Below, piece by piece: positions 1 to 10,379 of a stretch of 64,000 bases of DNA (position 1 is its first letter; each line of letters starts with the position of its first letter). The stretch spans positions 230,821 through 294,820 of the forward strand of contig CAVYJD010000014.1 of the NCBI GenBank assembly GCA_963768785.1, given 5' to 3'. The translations under genes and the position numbers were made by a program. Source of the stretch: an uncultured Methanoregulaceae archaeon (GTDB taxonomy: Archaea; Halobacteriota; Methanomicrobia; Methanomicrobiales; Methanospirillaceae). Under the pieces are notes generated by a model. It saw nothing but the letters and a program-made list of their open reading frames with translations, was not told the DNA's origin and did no database searches.

Positions 1-58
1 TGACCGGATGATCGGCCAAAAATTCTGCCTGGTAAATATCCGCATGCGATAAGAATTT

Positions 59-697
59 TTACGCCCCAAACCGGCGCATCCGTGACTGGTAGTCCCGCAG
101 GATCCGCAAAAAATCCACTTTCCGGAAATATTTCCAGTTGACGTCCGTGAAGAACAGTTCGGAATAGACCGACTGCCAGATCAGAAAATCGGTGAGATTG
201 TCGCCGCCGCTCTTGATCACAATATCCGGGTCATACTTGAAGGTGAGGTAGTTCTCAAAGGTTTTCTCATCGATCTGCTCCGGGGGGATAGCATTTTTTG
301 CCATGCTCCGGATGCATTCCGTGATCTCTTCCCTCCCGCTCTTGCCAATCGCAACCGTCACTTCCAACCCTGTCCCGGATACTTCCTCAATATCGTCATA
401 ATGGAGGGTCAGCCGGGCATGTGCGGCGACTTTTTTTATCTCCGGCAGATCCCGTTCGAGCTCCTGCGGGGTGAGCTCGTGGATATGAAACGTCAGGCCG
501 GTAATCGTGGATGGTTCTTTACCGGAGGTTTTCATGCCGGAACCGGTGCCGGCACGAAGCTCCGCACACCATCCGGTAACTGCTGCGATCTTTTCCGGTG
601 CGACCGCCATATCCGCACCGCTGATCATGAAACAGACATGCCGGGGCAGGACCTGGATCTGTCGCCGAAGCATCTTTTCATAGAGCCAGTAGATCAT
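59..697 (-). CDS. cis-prenyltransferase (UppS) family protein, probably non-catalytic subunit
   Basis: PRHVCF N-terminus, DPDIVIKSGG..LTDFLIWQSVYSELFF motif and C-terminal RRFG; the catalytic DGNRR motif is replaced by SGADM. Confidence 0.85.
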   Translation of the reverse strand: MIYWLYEKMLRRQIQVLPRHVCFMISGADMAVAPEKIAAVTGWCAELRAGTGSGMKTSGKEPSTITGLTFHIHELTPQELERDLPEIKKVAAHARLTLHYDDIEEVSGTGLEVTVAIGKSGREEITECIRSMAKNAIPPEQIDEKTFENYLTFKYDPDIVIKSGGDNLTDFLIWQSVYSELFFTDVNWKYFRKVDFLRILRDYQSRMRRFGA

Positions 698-811
698 AGA
701 TACCCTGTTATTTGCCGGGCAAGGTTAAGAGGATTAGGACATACTTCAGGAGTCCGTTTCTTTGTCGGTTTGCCCGAAACCAATAAACTGCTTCCTGACA
801 AGAGATACTGA

Positions 812-1495
812 GTGCAAACCATGCTGCCATCACTGCGGGAAGATTATCTCGAAGCCATCCTCGTGTTTACCGCACGGCAGAAATCCCTTCCTTTTGCACA
901 GGAAATCGCCGATGTGCTTTCAATACAAAAATCCGAAGCAGATATCCATGTGCAGGAATTACTCGGTCTCGGCGATATCACGCTCCAGCCGGATGGACGT
1001 ATCGAACTCACACCGGCAGGGATGGCAATCGGGCAGCAGACGATAAAAAAACATGAAACCCTCCAGTGCTTTCTCACGGAGATCCTCGGCATGGACTCAT
1101 CGTCAGCCTCAGATGAAGCCTGCAAAATCGAGCATGCCGTCTCTGATGAAACGATCGACCGGCTGGGAGATTATCTCAGGACGCCGGCACCGCAGCAGTG
1201 CGGTGGGCAAAAAGGACATCTTTTCCGGTTCTGCACCCGGGGCAGCCAGCGGACCAGCTCATGTGGGCTGGGGCAGTCGCTTGTCGATTTTTGCGAGGGT
1301 GAACACCTCATTGTCCGGGATATCCTCGGCCGGGGGTGCTCGAAACGGCTGCTTGATCTTGGGGTAGTTCCCGGTCAGCAGATCATTATCAAACGCAAAC
1401 TTAAAAACCAGGCTGTCGTGGTGCAGGTCAAAGACTGCGATGTCGCGCTCAGCCCGGAGATTGCATCTGCTGTCTGCGTGGAGCGGATGCAATGA
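812..1495 (+). CDS. DtxR/MntR-family metal-dependent regulator with C-terminal FeoA domain
   Basis: EDYLEAI, KHETLQCFL, EACKIEHAVS motifs; RLLDLGVVPG FeoA motif; directly upstream of feoB. Confidence 0.9.
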   Translation: MQTMLPSLREDYLEAILVFTARQKSLPFAQEIADVLSIQKSEADIHVQELLGLGDITLQPDGRIELTPAGMAIGQQTIKKHETLQCFLTEILGMDSSSASDEACKIEHAVSDETIDRLGDYLRTPAPQQCGGQKGHLFRFCTRGSQRTSSCGLGQSLVDFCEGEHLIVRDILGRGCSKRLLDLGVVPGQQIIIKRKLKNQAVVVQVKDCDVALSPEIASAVCVERMQ

Positions 1496-3343
1496 AGATT
1501 GCCCTGATCGGCAACCCGGGTGCAGGAAAATCCCTGATATTCAACCAGCTCACCGGCCTTGGCGTGGAAGTCAACAAGTACCCGGGTTCGGCAATCGGGA
1601 TCGAATGCGGCAACGTCTGTTATAAAAACGAGAAGATCGAGCTCATCGACCTGCCCGGGATCTATTCCCTTGACGGTGATTCTGAAGAAGAAGTGCTGGT
1701 CCGGCGATTCTTAGAAAAGAACGGCGCTGACAGCCTCATTGCAGTGATTGACGCAACAAAACTGGAGCGGAACCTCTACCTGTTAACCCAGATTGCAGAA
1801 TATGCCCTGCCGATGATTGTCGTCGTGAACATGATCGACGATGCAGAGCGGCAGGGAAGAGTGATCGATACGGACCGGCTCGGCAGCATTTTTGGCATTG
1901 AAGCGCTCCCTGCCGCTGCCGTGCAGGGAAAAAATATCGACCGCATCCTTCCGCTCGCCCTTCGCTCGTCACACTCTCCCGTCGCTCCATATTCCCTACG
2001 ATCACCATATCGAGGCGGCATCCCGCAGCCTTGAAAAAAACATGGGCACCCCGCCCCAAAAAAACCTGCTCGCACTTCAGGGAGCGGGTGACGATCTGGC
2101 ACTCCGCGACGCGGCAGCTTCAATTGCCGCCGAGATTGAACAGCGCCACCGGATGTCCGTCGGGCAGATCATTGCCACAAACCGGCACAATTTTGCCCGG
2201 GGCGTTGCCGCAGAAGTCGTGAAAAAGAACCCGGAGAAAAAGAAATTTGATATTGACAGTGTCCTGACCCGGGCATTCCCGGGCATCCCCATCCTCTGCC
2301 TCATCCTCTTTTCCCTGTTGTTATCGGTCTTTGTTATCGGTTCGTGGATGGAAGGGCTGATCGTCGGGTCATTTACGACATTTATCATCACCCCGTTTTC
2401 AGCGCTCGGGCTGCACCCGCTTGCCGAACGGGTGGGATACTCGGTGCTTGTCGCCGTCGAAGCAGGTCTGGGCATCGCATTCCCGTTTGTCTTTACGTTT
2501 TACATCGGTCTTTCCTTTCTCGAAGATACCGGCTACATGACCCGGGCGGCGTTCCTCGCGGACCGGGCCATGCACCGGCTCGGTCTTCACGGGGAGGCAA
2601 TTATACCGATGGTGATCGGGTTTGGCTGCACGGTACCTGCGATAATGAGCCTGCGGATCTTAAAGACAAAACGCGAACAGACCATTGCGGCATTCCTCAT
2701 CGCGCTGGTGCCCTGCTCAGCACGCACGGTGGTTATTGCCGGCATCGTCGCCGCGTTTGTCGGTATTGCATGGGCTTTTTCCATTTACCTGCTGGTATTT
2801 GTCCTGCTCATCATAACCGCAGTTGTCCTGTCGCACCTCACACCGGGGGAGCAGTTCGGGATGATCGTCGAGATGCCCCCCTTGAGAAAACCCAAAGGGA
2901 TATTTGTCCTCCAGAAGTCATGGCTCCGGATCAAGGAATTTCTGTTTATTGCCATGCCGCTCCTGATCGCAACCAGTATATTTCTCGGGCTGTTCCAGTA
3001 TTTTGGCGTTGTCGAAGCATTCCAGTCCCTTGTCGCACCGATCACGGTTACCCTGCTTGGCCTTCCTGCCTATGCATCCACCGCACTGCTCTTTGGCGTC
3101 TTCAGGAAAGAACTCGCCTTTGAAACGCTTGCAGTTCTTGCCGGTACAGCAAATCTTGGCTCCGTCATGACGTCGGTCCAGCTCTACACCTTTGCCATCG
3201 TCAGTGTCCTCTTTGTCCCGTGCGTTTCCACCGTTGCCGTGCTCTACAAGCAACTGGGTGCCAGAATTGCCATTCTTACCTCGGCATATTCACTTTTTCT
3301 GGGATTACTGATAGGAGCGCTTATAAACCTACTGATGAAATGA
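1492..3343 (+). CDS. feoB: Ferrous iron transporter FeoB (frameshift near 1975)
   Basis: GNPGAGKS, DLPG and NMID GTPase motifs in 1492..2034; EDTGYMTRAAF, GFGCTVPA, PCSAR, EMPP membrane domain in 1892..3343. Confidence 0.92.
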
Positions 3344-3355
3344 TCAACCTAATAG

Positions 3356-4063
3356 ATGTACTGTTACCATTCAGGGATTGCCCAGATCGATCAGGCATGC
3401 GGGGGATTTGAAGCAGGAACAAATATTCTTGTCCTGGCGCCCTCGATGAGCAACGCAGAACAGCTTGCATACGCGCTGATCAAACCCATGAACGGGGAGT
3501 ATTCGATTGTGCTTTCGACAAACGAGCGGGCCGCAGAAGTCATCGATTTTTTTAAAGCAGCCGGGTCAGACAAACATTTTATCGGAGTTATCGATGCGAT
3601 TACGAAAAGTTCAACCCCGGCTATTACCGATACCCAGCGGCTGATGTTTGTCTCAAGCCCCACCGATCTCACCGGCATCGGTATCAAATTTTCAAATATG
3701 ATTGAGACCATATTTGACGGCACATTTTCTGAAGGGGAGGGCGGGCTTTTCCCGCCGCCTATCCGGTTCTGTGTGAATTCCATCTCCACGCTGCTCATGT
3801 ACCGAAAACTTGAGGTGCTGTACCAGTTTCTTCATGTACTGACGGCAAAACTTAAAAAAATTGAAGGTGTGGGCATCTACCTCCTCAACAACGAATCTTT
3901 CGATGATAAAACCATCTCGCTGATTAAACAGCTGATGAGCGGGGTTATTGAAGTGAAGGTTGAACCAGAGGGCAGTTATTTCCGGGTACAGGGATTAAAA
4001 GGAGCAATGACAGACTGGATGAAATATACCATCGTAAAAGGGCAGGTGACGATACAATCATGA
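3356..4063 (+). CDS. KaiC/RAD55-like RecA-fold protein with degenerate Walker A
   Basis: SGIAQIDQACGG N-terminus, NSISTLLMY, GVIEVKVE; no GxxGxGKT. Confidence 0.7.
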   Translation: MYCYHSGIAQIDQACGGFEAGTNILVLAPSMSNAEQLAYALIKPMNGEYSIVLSTNERAAEVIDFFKAAGSDKHFIGVIDAITKSSTPAITDTQRLMFVSSPTDLTGIGIKFSNMIETIFDGTFSEGEGGLFPPPIRFCVNSISTLLMYRKLEVLYQFLHVLTAKLKKIEGVGIYLLNNESFDDKTISLIKQLMSGVIEVKVEPEGSYFRVQGLKGAMTDWMKYTIVKGQVTIQS

Positions 4064-5227
4064 TCAGGACAGGAATGACCGGCATCGATGACATGCTGGG
4101 AGGCGGTATACCGCGTGGAAGTAAAGTCCTCTACAGCATGGAGCCGGGTGTTGACGGCCAGCTCTTCATTATCTCCACTCTCTTTGAAGCGTTGAGTAAA
4201 AACCGTTCGTGCCTCGTGATCATCCCGCATACAACGGTCGATGCATTCCTGCACGATGCACAGAAGATGCGGGGGAACGACCTTGAGATCACCGGCAAAA
4301 AATGCGTGTTTATCGATGCCATTGACCGGGAACGCATTCAGCGGATTGCCCCTACCCTCGCAGCAGCGGAGCGTGAATGGCGCCTGCGGATCAGCAAGCT
4401 CTGTGAAGAGAACAAAGTAGACGTGATCTTTGCCTACTTTGATGTGATCTACGAAGATTTCGGCCTTGAAAAAGGATTTGCACTGGTCGAATCCGGCAGG
4501 GGGTCCAGAAAACCGACAATCATCCTGGAGCATCTCAATTTTGAAGGTGACGCACTCCTGAAAAAATTCGTCGACACCCTCGCATTCGATATGATTATTT
4601 CCATCAAAGCCGCCTTTGGCCTGGTCCCCCACTTTAATTTCTTCTCGCTGGTGCACACCTCGTGGGCACCCGACACGGTCATGCGTTCAGTGCCGTTCAT
4701 CATATCGGACGGGCACATTGTCCCCTATATCCCGAAAATTGTCGTTACCGGCCCCCCCCGGTCCGGCAAATCAACATTTGTCGGGAACGCCTCCAAACTG
4801 GGATTGTCCGTTGACCGTACAGGAAGCTCCGGCGGATACAACAACGGTTGCCATGGATTTCGGGTGGCTGCACTGGAAAGATTTCAATATAACCCTGTAT
4901 GGCACCCCCGGTGAACCACGATTTGACCCGATGCTTCCCTTCCTTTTGAAAAATGCGATGGGGGTCGTCCTGATGATCGATGCGACAAAACCTGACCAGC
5001 TCCCACGGGCACGCCAGCTGATCGAAATGATATCAAAACGCAGGGTGCCGATCGTGATTGCAGCCAACAAAAAGGACCTGCCCGGGATAATGGCTGAGCC
5101 TGACATCAGGAAGGCGCTCAATCTCAAAACCGGAGAGCCGGTCTTTTTTATTTCGTCTACGAGTAAGAAGGAAGTCCGGTTCTTGCTGGAGTCACTGGTG
5201 GATTCGATCACGCAGTTCTCTTATTAA
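4060..5227 (+). CDS. Inactive KaiC-like domain fused to a small GTPase (frameshift near 4825)
   Basis: TGMTGIDDMLGGGIP N-terminus; GPPRSGKST, TTVAMDFG, GTPG and NKKD motifs across ORFs 4060..4914 and 4616..5227. Confidence 0.78.
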
Positions 5228-5289
5228 TAAAAAACAGAAGGGAAATGTCTGAATACCACCATGTATTCTAAAAAATCGGGTTACCAATC

Positions 5290-6039
5290 ATGCTGACGTT
5301 CGTCGGGCTTGGACTGTACGATAAAGACGACGTGTCCGTAAAAGGGCTTGCGGCCATACTAAAAGCGGATCAGGTATTTTTAGAGTGCTACACGTCCCGG
5401 CTCATGGGGACATCCATATCAGAACTGGAAGCCGCGTACAAAAAGCCCGTCCGCCCGCTCTACCGGGATGACGTGGAGCAACATCCCGATCACCTGCTTG
5501 ACTGTGCTGCACAAGAAGATGTGGTGTTCCTCTGCGCCGGCGATCCGATGGTATCGACGACCCATGCAGACCTCCGGATGCGTGCCGCAGAGCGGGGCAT
5601 TACAACGGTAATCATCCATGCTGCTTCCATCTCCAGTGCTGTATGCGGGTTGTCAGGGCTCCAGAACTACCGGTTTGGCAAATCGGTTTCCGTGCCGTTC
5701 CCGCAGAAGAACTGGTTCCCGATGTCCCCGATTGACGTGATCGCACAAAACCTCCAGCTCAACTGTCACACGCTGGTATATCTCGATATCCAGAACGAGC
5801 GGTATATGACCATCGGTGAAGCAGTAGACCTTCTTGAACAGATGCGGACAAAAAAATCGCTTGAAATCCCGCTGTATATCGGCATTGCCCGGGCAGGTTC
5901 CAAAGCACCGGTTGTCCGGGCTGGCACTGCAGAAAAACTCCGTACGTATGACTTTGGTCCGCCGCTGCATATTCTCGTGGTTCCCGCGGTTCTCCATGAT
6001 ATGGAACGGGCGTACCTGGAGAGGTTTGCCGGGCTATGA
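5290..6039 (+). CDS. dph5: Diphthine synthase
   Basis: [49 protein letters not shown]. Confidence 0.95.
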   Translation: MLTFVGLGLYDKDDVSVKGLAAILKADQVFLECYTSRLMGTSISELEAAYKKPVRPLYRDDVEQHPDHLLDCAAQEDVVFLCAGDPMVSTTHADLRMRAAERGITTVIIHAASISSAVCGLSGLQNYRFGKSVSVPFPQKNWFPMSPIDVIAQNLQLNCHTLVYLDIQNERYMTIGEAVDLLEQMRTKKSLEIPLYIGIARAGSKAPVVRAGTAEKLRTYDFGPPLHILVVPAVLHDMERAYLERFAGL

Positions 6040-6618
6040 AGACCACCGAATGCGGAGCGCTCCTTTCCGCACAAATTGCCGCTGCCGTTGTCCCTGCTCC
6101 AAAAGAAACACCGGTTGGCAAAACGGCGGGTGCGGTGCTTGGCATGGCACAGGCATACGCTGATGACGGGACGACATTTTACCAGTCCGGGGACGTTGTC
6201 AATGCCCTTGCAAGTTACTTTTACGGGTTTGGCTGGGTGCATTTCGGGTATGCATCCGGACTGCTCGTATCGTCGTCTCCCGGCACACCGGCATGCCCCT
6301 TTACAGATCCCTGCGAACAGGTGCCGGCAGCGTCTGAGGCGCAGCTCGAAGAAAAAACGGCCCGGTACGCCCGGCTGCTCGATACTGCCCGGGGATCGGT
6401 TGTCGTGGCTCCGGAACCTGGTACGATCAGCCCACGACTTTTCCGGGCAGGTGCTGGTGATTGTATCGGCATATGCCGCACAGGGAAGGTGGTTCCTGCA
6501 ACGGGGGAACCGTGAGGACGCACTTGCCAGTTTCAGCTATGGACACGGCTGGCTGGATGCCGGGGTCCGGTCAGGACTGTTCCGGATTACCGGGGAACGG
6601 GACCTTTTCACGGTCTGA
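6036..6618 (+). CDS. DUF357 tandem-domain protein (frameshift near 6430)
   Basis: Two repeats of AY..DG..F...GD..NALASxxYGxGW across ORFs 6036..6515 and 6076..6618. Confidence 0.8.
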
Positions 6619-6743
6619 TGCTATGCCGGTGCGGGTTGTTCCTTTTTGGTTCCGGCAACAAATAAAAAGAGTATATACTATGCACCATAACCTGTTAAGA
6701 TAAAACAGGATTGGGCAAAAAACGTGCCCGAAGGGAGACCATC

Positions 6744-7760
6744 ATGGAAAAATCGCAGAAAAAATGGTTGTATATCTCAATCGGGTTCTCCCTTGCCGTC
6801 CTTATTGTCATCCTGTACCTTACCATCAATGAAAATACGGTGCAATACCTCCAGAAGATCAACCCGTGGTTTCTCCTGCTGGCATTCCTTACCCATATCC
6901 TGACCATGTGCTTCTGGGCATTACGGGTCAAGAAAATGTCGGGCTCCCTTGGCTACCAGATAGGGTTTTTTTATTCCCTGAACTTAGTGTTTGCCAACCT
7001 GCTTGCCGCCGCAGTCACCCCGGCACAGGCAGGCGGCGAACCGGTCCGCATCCATGAACTCTACAAAGCAAACGTCCCGCTTGGCGATGCGACGGCGATT
7101 GTGATCATGGAGCGGGTGCTCGACGGTATCGCACTTGCAGGACTTGCCGCATTTGCGATGTTTGTTCTCACCGACCAGTGGAAGAGCCTCGGCGCCATTT
7201 CCGATATTATGGTATTTATCACCTGGATTTTTGTTGCAGGGTGCCTGTTTTTGTTCTATCTCGCAATCCGCAGGCCGGATGTCGTAAAGAAAGTGGTAAA
7301 AAGAGTAGCCCTCTTCTTTACCCGCAAATGGGAACCGCCCCGGGTCGAGGAAGCGCTGGAGCGGATCGATAAGGAGATCGGGAATTTCAACACCGCTGTC
7401 ATCAAGTTTGTCAAAACGGCAAAATCCGGACTCCTCTGGGGAATGTTGTTTACCCTGCTTTACTGGACTTCAGAGATCATCACCGCTTCGTTGATCCTTG
7501 TCGGGCTTGGCCAGCCGCCGCTCATTCTTGAATCATTTGTGATCCAGCTGATCCTCGCCATCCTGATGATGCTCCCGCTGACACCGGGGAGTTCCGGTAT
7601 CGCGGAAGTCGGGGCTACGACCATGTACGCATTGTTCATCCCGGCATCCATTGTCGGGATATTTGTGGTGGTCTGGAGGATCGTGCTGTATTACTTCAAT
7701 ATCGCGCTCGGGATCCTGTCAAGCCTGATTATTGTCAGGCGCGAAACATCCCAGCCCTGA
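6744..7760 (+). CDS. UPF0104 / flippase-like (lysylphosphatidylglycerol synthase TM) membrane protein
   Basis: TPAQAGGEP, ERVLD, PLTPGSSGIAE, WRIVLYY motifs; multiple TM segments. Confidence 0.85.
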   Translation: MEKSQKKWLYISIGFSLAVLIVILYLTINENTVQYLQKINPWFLLLAFLTHILTMCFWALRVKKMSGSLGYQIGFFYSLNLVFANLLAAAVTPAQAGGEPVRIHELYKANVPLGDATAIVIMERVLDGIALAGLAAFAMFVLTDQWKSLGAISDIMVFITWIFVAGCLFLFYLAIRRPDVVKKVVKRVALFFTRKWEPPRVEEALERIDKEIGNFNTAVIKFVKTAKSGLLWGMLFTLLYWTSEIITASLILVGLGQPPLILESFVIQLILAILMMLPLTPGSSGIAEVGATTMYALFIPASIVGIFVVVWRIVLYYFNIALGILSSLIIVRRETSQP

Positions 7761-7817
7761 AAACCATTTCTCCACCTCAACTCTTAAAAAGAATCAGAGC
7801 AATCTCTCACACAAAGC

Positions 7818-8270
7818 ATGGCACAGGTCAAGTGTGACGTCAAAGGCGTTTTTGTCGTATCAGGTGATACAGCCACCGCACCGGTTGTCGTGCTGACTGA
7901 CGGCAAGGACCGGGTGCTGCCGATCTTTATCGGGCTATGGGAGGCGGTTTCCATCAACAGCGCAAAGAACCGGGAGGTGCTGCCCCGGCCATTTACGCAT
8001 GACCTGTTCTTGGACCTGCTCTCAAAGTTCTCGATCACCTTAAAATGCCTGCAGATTGACAGCGTTGAAAACGGGGTATATTATGCAGAGCTTGTTCTTT
8101 GCAATGCCAGCCACGAAGAACGTCTTGACTGCCGCCCGAGCGACGGGATTGCTGTCGCGCTCAGGGGCGAAGCGCCGATCTTTGTCGAAGAGGCGGTCTT
8201 TGAATCAGCAGGATCGGGCGTGCAGGACCTGTCGGATTGTGTTGACCTGAGCACGTTTTTGCAGAAATAA
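7818..8270 (+). CDS. Bifunctional nuclease (DUF151) family protein
   Basis: LPIFIGLWEA, RPFTHDL, DCRPSDGIAVALR. Confidence 0.9.
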   Translation: MAQVKCDVKGVFVVSGDTATAPVVVLTDGKDRVLPIFIGLWEAVSINSAKNREVLPRPFTHDLFLDLLSKFSITLKCLQIDSVENGVYYAELVLCNASHEERLDCRPSDGIAVALRGEAPIFVEEAVFESAGSGVQDLSDCVDLSTFLQK

Positions 8271-8339
8271 AACCGTGCATGAAACCAAGGGGTAGTGCAC
8301 AAAAGCAAAGGAAATGACAGTTAGAGAATAAATTTTGGG

Positions 8340-8527
8340 CATTATTGAAAACCTCTTTCAGAACACACAGCCCCCCTTTTGCGCCACCAGTCCCCCAAGG
8401 GGGACGGGGCGCAGTGTGATGATGCTGGAACAGGAAATACCGTACTATCGCAACCGGGGGATGCCACAGCGGCGGGGGCTTAAGCCCCCAAGAGCGTCAC
8501 AAAAAAGATCGGATGATTCTATAGAGC
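8340..8527 (+). mobile_element. MITE-like intergenic element carrying hairpin module A (copy 1)
   Basis: Core 8363-8497 closely matches 57436-57587; degenerate ends CATTATTGAAAACC ... GATTCTATAGAGC; lies between convergent genes. Confidence 0.6.
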
Positions 8528-8561
8528 AAAAAGTTCTATCCACTCAAAAAAAGCACTCAAA

Positions 8562-8604
8562 CCGCCGCGGGGGCGTCCCATCGGGGGCGGCGGAGTTCAT
8601 CGTA
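8562..8604 (+). repeat. GC-rich palindromic module B (copy 1)
   Basis: CCGCCGCGGGGGCGTCCCATCGGGGGCGGCGGAGTTCATCGTA; near-identical copies at 43234, about 50030-50070 (minus) and 63280. Confidence 0.85.
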
Positions 8605-8727
8605 TTTTGTGGTAACCAAACCATAAACCCCGATATGTGGTAACTTCTTATCAGCTGCGTTACCAGCAAGAACTTAAAAAAAAGAATTATTTTTGAACAA
8701 GTGTTGCCAATAAACGCAATTTTTTAA

Positions 8728-9033
8728 TTACTTCCGCCGGTGTTCCAGCTCGGCAAGAACATCCTCAAGCCTGACATCTGCCGCACGGAGCGCGACAAGG
8801 ATATGGAACAGCAGATCGGCGGCTTCTTCGACCGTTCGTTCCGGCACGCCGTTTTTTACCGCAAGGATAAACTCCGTGGACTCTTCGCCCACCTTTTCCA
8901 GCACCTTGTCAATGCCTTTTTTGTCAAGGAGCAGCCGGCTCGTGTACGATTCGGGAGTCGGATGTGCTGCCCGTTCGCAGATCACGTCCCAGATCTCTGC
9001 AATCACCCGTGGATCAACCTTTTCGCCCGTCAT
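8728..9033 (-). CDS. hisE: Phosphoribosyl-ATP pyrophosphohydrolase
   Basis: ESYTSRLL, KVGEESTE, EAADLLFH; start taken at MTGEK overlapping the nusA stop. Confidence 0.92.
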   Translation of the reverse strand: MTGEKVDPRVIAEIWDVICERAAHPTPESYTSRLLLDKKGIDKVLEKVGEESTEFILAVKNGVPERTVEEAADLLFHILVALRAADVRLEDVLAELEHRRK

Positions 9034-9473
9034 GATGACTCCGGTGTGAGCAGCACCTCGCCGATTTCGATGCCATGGAAGCGCCGACAGAGAATGCGCG
9101 CCTTTTCGATGTTGCACCCCGCTTTGCCAATGGCGATGCCAAGATCGCTTTTCTTGTTCACAAAGACGTTCACCGGCCCATTATCGGGTGCCCGTTCAAT
9201 TCCCACAACTTCTGCCGGTTTGAAGATATTGGCGATAAACGCATCGGGCTCTTCTGCATATTCCACCATCTCGATGCGTTTGCCCAGCACATTCTGCAGC
9301 CGCTTGATATTGTCGCCTTTCTTGCCAATGGCAAGGCCCATATCTCCCTGCCGGATGACATAAATCACCCGCTCGAACCGGTCATCGATCACGCAGTCCA
9401 GCGCGGTGGACCGGGTCAGAATTCGCAGTTCCTCAATGTACCTTCTCTCTTTAAAACCGATATTTCGCTCCAT
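9030..9473 (-). CDS. nusA: Archaeal NusA-like KH-domain transcription factor
   Basis: Two KH motifs (GLAIGKKG, GIAIGKAG); KRIEMVEY. Confidence 0.9.
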   Translation of the reverse strand: MERNIGFKERRYIEELRILTRSTALDCVIDDRFERVIYVIRQGDMGLAIGKKGDNIKRLQNVLGKRIEMVEYAEEPDAFIANIFKPAEVVGIERAPDNGPVNVFVNKKSDLGIAIGKAGCNIEKARILCRRFHGIEIGEVLLTPESS

Positions 9474-9638
9474 TTCAAAATCAATCCTATTGTATACGCT
9501 GTTTTTTTAATATTCGATACTTGACCGGGCCGCGGCGTGAGCGTACCGGATAATGACTTTTTTTATTAGAATGTACTGTGATTTAAGAAATAATCACACG
9601 CTGCTTATGTAAAAAAGTTGTGAATAGATCCTGGCAGG

Positions 9639-10379
9639 TCAGCTGATCGAATAGATGACAGATACCTGCGCTGTCACCGTGATGTCGCCCGGCTGGATGG
9701 GAGTGGGCAGGGCCGAGGATTTCATGGCACTGTCTGAGAGCGTGGTGGAGGCATATGCGACCGGCACGTACCCCTGGCTGATGTCTGCACTCCGGGTGCC
9801 GGTAATATTGACGCCCAGCGCCCCGGCAACTGCATCTGCATCTGACCGGGCATTTGCAACCGCTTTCTGGAGCGCTGCGGTGCGAAGTGACAGCGCCTGT
9901 TCATCGGAAAGCATGAACTGGATGGATGTGACCTTGTTTGCCCCGGCAGCTACCGCAGTATCGATAATTCCTCCGGTCTGGGTGACATCCTTAAGCGTCA
10001 CCTGGAGAGTGTTTGTTACCTGGTACGTCTTGATCTTCTGGTCAAGGAGTCCGGTGGAATCCTGGTAGACCGGGTAAATCGAGTACCCGGTTGTCTTCAT
10101 CTGCTCTTTTGGAACACCTGCGGCAACAAGCGCATCCTGCATCGCGCTCATGCGGTTGGCATTGTCCGTCTGGGCTGCTTTTACATCCGGGCTTTCTGTT
10201 TCCACGGAAAAGGAAATCTGGACCCGGTCGGGAGTTCCGGTGACGGTACCGCTTCCGCTGACCTGGATTACATGGTCATTTGCCGAAGTGTCTGTTGCGG
10301 CTGCCGCACAGCCAACGAGCGTGACTGTTGCAAACATGAGCACAATTAAAAAAAGGTTCAGTTTTCGTATCATAGACAT
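9639..10379 (-). CDS. SIMPL (DUF541) domain secreted protein
   Basis: Signal peptide, VSGSGTV..PD, YSIYPVY, AVAAGAN, C-terminal IQPGDITVTAQV. Confidence 0.88.
   Translation of the reverse strand: MSMIRKLNLFLIVLMFATVTLVGCAAAATDTSANDHVIQVSGSGTVTGTPDRVQISFSVETESPDVKAAQTDNANRMSAMQDALVAAGVPKEQMKTTGYSIYPVYQDSTGLLDQKIKTYQVTNTLQVTLKDVTQTGGIIDTAVAAGANKVTSIQFMLSDEQALSLRTAALQKAVANARSDADAVAGALGVNITGTRSADISQGYVPVAYASTTLSDSAMKSSALPTPIQPGDITVTAQVSVIYSIS

Noticed and set aside
8335-8643. ORFs overlapping the repeats (also 30957-31175, 31218-31454, 49970-50413, 50028-50246, 63332-63670)
   Set aside because: Frames are not conserved between copies and there are no protein motifs; they are by-products of GC-rich repeats.
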